From the NCBI GenBank assembly GCA_038213805.1, contig JBBQSO010000001.1, forward strand, positions 32,001 through 96,000: a DNA stretch of 64,000 nucleotides. The letters run 5' to 3'. A program made the translations under genes and the position numbers. Below, one piece after another: positions 59,776-64,000 of this stretch. The notes below the pieces were generated by a model. That model was not told the DNA's origin, ran no database searches, and saw nothing but the letters and a program-made list of their open reading frames with translations. Each line of letters begins with the position of its first letter. Within the stretch, counting starts at the first letter, position 1. The DNA is from Planctomycetota bacterium. GTDB taxonomy: Bacteria; Planctomycetota; UBA11346.

Positions 59776-59916
59776 ATGGCCAAAGTCGAACATACGTCCA
59801 AGACCGTCGCCGCGAAGGCGTCGAAGATCCTCAAGGATCCGAAATCCACCAAAGCGATGAAGTCGATCGCCGCCTCGGCGCTGACCCAGGCGCCGGATCG
59901 CAATAAGCGTAAGTAG
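59776..59916 (+). CDS. Small basic protein, 46 aa (absent from the ORF track)
   Basis: AGGAG RBS at 59763-59767; MAKVEHTSKTVAAKASKILKDPKSTKAMKSIAASALTQAPDRNKRK*; GC3-biased codons. Confidence 0.8.
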   Translation: MAKVEHTSKTVAAKASKILKDPKSTKAMKSIAASALTQAPDRNKRK

Positions 59917-60015
59917 TCCCGCTGTCGATCGTGGCCGGATGCGTCCGGCCACGAATCCCTGGGCTCGCCCCCCCTCTGGGCGAGCAGTCCACACCCACTT
60001 CTCCGGATGCACCTC

Positions 60016-60189
60016 ATGCTCAGATGGGCCCTCATCTTCCTCGTCATCGCCCTCATCGCCGCCGTCTTCGGATACGGTGGCGTGTCGCGGGACTTGGCGG
60101 AAATCGCCAAAATCCTCTTCTTCATCTTCATCGTGATCTTCGCGATCACCGGATTGATGCATCTGATGGGCTCCGGCCGGCGCCGCTGA
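60016..60189 (+). CDS. DUF1328 / UPF0391 (YtjA-like) small membrane protein
   Basis: MLRWALIFLVIALIAAVFGYGG....AEIAKILFFIF family signature. Confidence 0.92.
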   Translation: MLRWALIFLVIALIAAVFGYGGVSRDLAEIAKILFFIFIVIFAITGLMHLMGSGRRR

Positions 60190-60357
60190 GTGCTGGTCAT
60201 CGCGGTCTGAAGGGACGTCCCCGGACGGCTGCAATCGAGAAACGAATCAATCGGATCTTGGCTTAGAAGGCCTGCGCGGAACCGGCGCAGGGCCCTCCGT
60301 AGCCTCCTCACGTCCGTATTCCATCGCCCGCCATAATCTCACCCTCGGAAGAACCCC

Positions 60358-62466
60358 ATGCCTACCGGATCCACACATACCGCAGTTGCTCTGCGATCCA
60401 GCCTTTCACTCCTCGTCATGCTGATCGCGCTGGCCGCGCCTGCTGGTGCCGCAACCTCGACCTGGACCGCCGCCGGTGCGACCAGTAATTTCGATGATGC
60501 CGCCAACTGGGATGCGGTCCCGACGCCGAACTGCATCATGGTCTTCCCGGCCGGAGCCGCGTTCGCCTCCAAGGGCGCACCCGTCAACAACCTGATTGGC
60601 CAGACCATCGATCAGCTGAACGTGTCCGAAGCCTATGTCATCACCGGCAACGCGATCGTGTGCAAGAACATCAACGATAACAGCGCTGGAACCGTGACGA
60701 TCGCGCTGCCGATCAGCACCGCGGGCTCGGCGGTGCTGACGGTCACCGTGACCATCGCCGGCGCTACCCTGAACCTGTCCGGTAAACTCACCGGCGCTGG
60801 CCCGGTGTCCTACAGCGGCCCCGGCAATAAGCGCCTGAACGGCACCATCAACAATACACTCTCGGGCCTGTCGATCGTCGCGCAGGGCTTCCTGGTGCTG
60901 GACAGCACGGCAACCGAGGCGATCTCCGGACCGCTGCAGGTCGACAGCGGCGCGACCGCGCGGCTGGTCCGCGCGCCGGCGATCAAGAATTCCGTTACGG
61001 TAACCGTCAACGGCACCTTGGATATGTCGGCAACCACCGGCAGCGACGGCACGGACACCGAACTCATCGGTGGCCTGGCCGGCACCGCCACTGCGGCCAA
61101 TATCAGCCTGGGCGCAAACACCCTGGGCTGCACCGCGCAGGTCGCGCCGACCAACTATGCTGGCGGCTTCTCCGGCACCGGTGGCTTCCGCCAGTCCACC
61201 AGCGGCACCGAGGTGCTCAGCGGCACTGCATTCCCTTATACCGGCACGACGCGGCTGGCTGGCGGCGAGATCCACATCTGGGGTTCGCTGATCGGTTCGC
61301 CGGTCGTCGCCACCAGCGGCACCCTGGTGCTCGCCAACGACGCCACCGTGGGTGCCGTCACCCTCAGCGGTGCCACCAGTGTGCTGTCATTCAACGAGAC
61401 CATCTCGGCCATGACCATGCACGCCACCACGCCAAGTCTCACCATCGGCAGCGGCAGCACCTTCCTGGTCGTCACCAAGTCGCCGACGGATTTCGCAAAT
61501 GTGTCGACCGCGGCAGTGAACCTGAACGGCGCGGTTCTGAGCGTAGACACTGCACTCTTCTCGCCAGCCCCGACGTCAGTCATGACCATCATCACCAATA
61601 CGGGATCCGGATCGGTCGTGGGCACCTTCGCTGGTCTCGCAGAAGGCGCGACCGTGGTCTCGTCAACCAACAGCGGCACGACCTTCACCATCAGTTATGT
61701 CGGCGGCACTGGTAGTCACAACGTCACCCTCACCGGGGTGGCGATTTCCAGCGACACCACGGCGCCGGCAATATCGGCGATCGCGACGAGCGGTATCACC
61801 GGCAATTCCGCCACCGTCACCTGGACGACCAATGAGGCGTCGACCAGCCAGGTCGAATTCGGTCTGACCACGGACTACGGTAGCGTGACCACGGTCAATG
61901 CTGCGCTGGTGCTCTCCCACAGCGTGGGCCTCACCGGGCTGGTCGGATCGACCACGTACCACTTCCGTGTGCGCAGCCGCGATGCTGCTGGCAATCTCGC
62001 CACCAGTGCGGATGGCACGTTCGCCACAGCCGCTGATACCACGGCGCCGGTGGCCTCGGCCATCACTGCCGGCAGCATCACCGGCACCACGGCCGTGATC
62101 ACCTGGACTACCGATGAAGCCAGCGACAGCCAGGTCGAGTTTGGCCTGACCACCGCCTATGGAACCGTGACCACGCTCGACACCAGCATGGTCACCGCCC
62201 ACAGCGTCACCGTCAGCGGACTGGCGCTTTCGACCCTGTACCACTTCCGGGTGCTCAGCAGTGATGCCTCCGGCAACGTGGTCACCAGCGCGGATGGAAC
62301 CTTCACCACCACGGACGGCACGGTGCCGGTCGCGTCGTCGGACAGCCACCACCACTGCGGTGGCGGCAGCGTGTTCGGCTTCCTGATGGTGACCCTGATG
62401 CTGTCGCTGCGGCTGCATCGCCGGGGCCGCATCCCGGTCGAAGCGCGCGGCCAGCTGGACGCGTAA
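60358..62466 (+). CDS. Surface protein with autotransporter-passenger-like beta-strand repeats, two FN3-like domains and a C-terminal anchor
   Basis: Signal peptide; TWTAAGATSNFDDAANW, LSGKLTGAG, YTGTTRLAGG, GTFAGLAEGATV, FTISYVGGTG; duplicated DTTAP...W(T)T(N/D)EAS.SQVEFGLTT.YG...HSV...GL...T.YHFRV.S.DA.GN; tail CGGGS-TM-RLHRR; no beta-barrel. Confidence 0.85.
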   Translation: MPTGSTHTAVALRSSLSLLVMLIALAAPAGAATSTWTAAGATSNFDDAANWDAVPTPNCIMVFPAGAAFASKGAPVNNLIGQTIDQLNVSEAYVITGNAIVCKNINDNSAGTVTIALPISTAGSAVLTVTVTIAGATLNLSGKLTGAGPVSYSGPGNKRLNGTINNTLSGLSIVAQGFLVLDSTATEAISGPLQVDSGATARLVRAPAIKNSVTVTVNGTLDMSATTGSDGTDTELIGGLAGTATAANISLGANTLGCTAQVAPTNYAGGFSGTGGFRQSTSGTEVLSGTAFPYTGTTRLAGGEIHIWGSLIGSPVVATSGTLVLANDATVGAVTLSGATSVLSFNETISAMTMHATTPSLTIGSGSTFLVVTKSPTDFANVSTAAVNLNGAVLSVDTALFSPAPTSVMTIITNTGSGSVVGTFAGLAEGATVVSSTNSGTTFTISYVGGTGSHNVTLTGVAISSDTTAPAISAIATSGITGNSATVTWTTNEASTSQVEFGLTTDYGSVTTVNAALVLSHSVGLTGLVGSTTYHFRVRSRDAAGNLATSADGTFATAADTTAPVASAITAGSITGTTAVITWTTDEASDSQVEFGLTTAYGTVTTLDTSMVTAHSVTVSGLALSTLYHFRVLSSDASGNVVTSADGTFTTTDGTVPVASSDSHHHCGGGSVFGFLMVTLMLSLRLHRRGRIPVEARGQLDA

Positions 62467-62503
62467 AATAGTGGCTCACTCCGGGATCATCCCGAACTGA
62501 AGC

Positions 62504-62549
62504 AAAGTCACAGCCCTCGTCACCTCTGGTGACGAGGGCTGTGACTTTT
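62504..62549. terminator. Perfect 21-bp hairpin, probable bidirectional terminator
   Basis: aaagtcacagccctcgtcacc-tct-ggtgacgagggctgtgacttt(t), with A and T runs at the ends. Confidence 0.85.
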
Positions 62550-62754
62550 ATAGCACAGCCGGTATCGCCTACGTCACGCGGCGGATCGCGGCGCGATCGA
62601 TCACCAGCGCCAGAAGGCGATGGGTTTGCCACGGGCGGTAGCACCGCAATCGATAAGCTGGTCGCGCACGCCCGGACGATGTGAGCGGGCGCGTGGTTGC
62701 CCAGACAGTTCCTCAGCGCGCAGCGCCGCGCCCTTCGACACCAAAACGTCGGCG

Positions 62755-62905
62755 CTAGCCAAATGGACGCAGGTCGGTGACGACATGGAAGGTGCACGTG
62801 ATGTGGCTCTGATCGTCAAAGCCGGTCTCTTGTGCGATGCTGCCGATTTTGGCGACGCCCTGCTCGAGCAGGGTGTCGCGCCATGCGCAAGCGTACGCGC
62901 AGTAG
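62755..62905 (-). pseudogene. C-terminal remnant of an AraC-family regulator
   Basis: LLRVRLRMARH [+1 frameshift] LLEQGVAKIGSIAQETGFDDQSHITCTFHVVTDLRP, matching the AraC second HTH pattern IA...GF.DQSHF. Confidence 0.75.
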
Positions 62906-63557
62906 GGCGATCGCGAGATCCACACGCGCATCACGCAATACGAGATGGCCTTCCGCATGCAGGCCGCAGTTGTGGAGCTGGTCGACCTCGCGCTGACGGG
63001 CGATGCGACCTTTGCGCTCTCCGACGAGGATGCGCGCAGACCCGGAACCTTGGCGCGCAATTCTCTGCTACCGCCGCCACGCAGAACGCAGCGTGCGCTG
63101 GATCCAGCCCTACCACCGCGGCTGGAACCACCACGGCGGCCTCGCCCAGCGGCTGCAGGTGGGCGCGCGTGATACCGACCAGGCCGCCGCCGGGCTGATC
63201 GCCAACCTGCGCCAGCGCCGCAGGCTTGACGATACCCTGCTGCTCTGGTCCGGCGCGTTCGGCCGCACCTGCTACGCCCAGGGCGGGGCCAACCGCGAGA
63301 AGTATGGCCGCGATCACCACGGTCGCGCCTTTTCCGCATGGCTCGCCGGAGGCGGCACCAAGCCCGGCATCAGCTGGGGCGCGAGCGACGACTTCGGCTT
63401 CAACATCGCCAGCGACCCGGTCCACGTCCACGATCTGCAGGCGGCCATCCTGCACTGCCTGGGCATCGACCACGAACGTCTCAGGTACCGCAGCCAGGGG
63501 CGGCAGTTTCGCTTGACGGATGTGGAGGGCAAGGTGGTGACGGGGATGCTGGCGTGA
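62906..63557 (+). pseudogene. 5'-truncated, frameshifted DUF1501 remnant
   Basis: GDREIHTRITQYEMAFRMQ...PGTLARNSLL, frameshift near 63071, then RRHAERSVRWIQPYHRGWNHH...GAFGRT...GRDHH...VHVHDLQAAILHCLGIDHERL...RLTDVEG; no N-terminal half. Confidence 0.88.
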
Positions 63558-63585
63558 CGTCGATTTGAGTCGGGGGCGTGCGGCG

Positions 63586-63996
63586 CTAAGCGCCGCCGGT
63601 CTGATTCTCCCCCCGCCGCCCCTGCGCGAACTCGACCGAGTGGCCGTCGGGATCGAAGGCGGTCATCGAGCGCTCCCACGGCTCGTCGTGCGGCGGTCGA
63701 TGGAAGACGACGCCCTTGCCTTGCAGGTCGACGTAGAGCGCATCGAGCTGATCAGTGCTGAATTCGACGTGGATGGCTTGGCGCTGCGCGGCATCCGCAG
63801 GCTTGGCGCCGTCCTTAACGGCCTCGGCGAGGGCGAGCAGGCCGATGCTGCCTGCTCCAGAACGCATCAGCGCAAACGCGGGCGCGGCATTGACTGCGAC
63901 CGCGAGGCCGAGGACACCGTGGTAGAAGGCGAGGGAACGCTCCACGCTCGCAACGGTGAGGGTCAGGCCCTCGAAACGGAAGGGGATGGTGGTCAT
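63586..63996 (-). CDS. VOC (glyoxalase/bleomycin-resistance) family protein
   Basis: LTVASVERSLAFYHGVLG, PPHDEPWERSMTAFDPDGHSVEF. Confidence 0.92.
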   Translation of the reverse strand: MTTIPFRFEGLTLTVASVERSLAFYHGVLGLAVAVNAAPAFALMRSGAGSIGLLALAEAVKDGAKPADAAQRQAIHVEFSTDQLDALYVDLQGKGVVFHRPPHDEPWERSMTAFDPDGHSVEFAQGRRGENQTGGA

Positions 63997-64000
63997 GGGG

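Noticed and set aside
62852..62879. 28-bp near-perfect palindrome reading LLEQGVA on both strands
   Set aside because: It lies inside the AraC remnant, about 25 nt from the inferred deletion junction. No evidence it is a functional site.
1..64000. CRISPR arrays, tRNA/rRNA genes, integrases, transposases, defence or toxin-antitoxin systems
   Set aside because: No regularly spaced direct repeats, tRNA/rRNA signatures or matching protein motifs were seen by eye. Small RNAs could have been missed without covariance-model searches.

Overview
This is a GC-rich bacterial chromosomal segment, most likely from the Planctomycetota/PVC group. That assignment is inferred from the DUF1592-family + DUF1552 and DUF1549/DUF1553 + DUF1501 gene pairs and the ECF/FecR modules. 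The window opens inside secA, followed by a CHASE-PAS-PAS hybrid kinase, a CAP-domain lipoprotein and rmuC. Next come secreted carbohydrate-active enzymes (clan GH-A-like, beta-helix, GH43), two planctomycete cytochrome c/Tat-partner modules, a putative Fur-boxed porin + cytochrome c pair, an RND pump, NDH-2 and a large M36 protease. The second half holds a decaying glycan locus beside an ECF-FecR-CBM trio, a four-gene sugar(-acid) catabolic operon, a HEAT-repeat protein, small stress-type genes, a passenger-like surface protein, two fused pseudogene remnants and a VOC protein. I found no rRNA, tRNA, CRISPR array or intact transposase. The best leads are: (1) a single polypeptide joining ECF sigma, anti-sigma-like, TM, malectin-like, Ig and PA14 segments (55840-58248); (2) a shared C-terminal C-G-x-G-S/TM/Arg tail on two unrelated surface proteins; (3) an apparently circularly permuted Ig-like domain around a CAP domain; (4) a possible non-phosphorylative sugar-acid pathway ending in glycerate kinase. 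All domain calls come from motif recognition by eye; no database searches were run.
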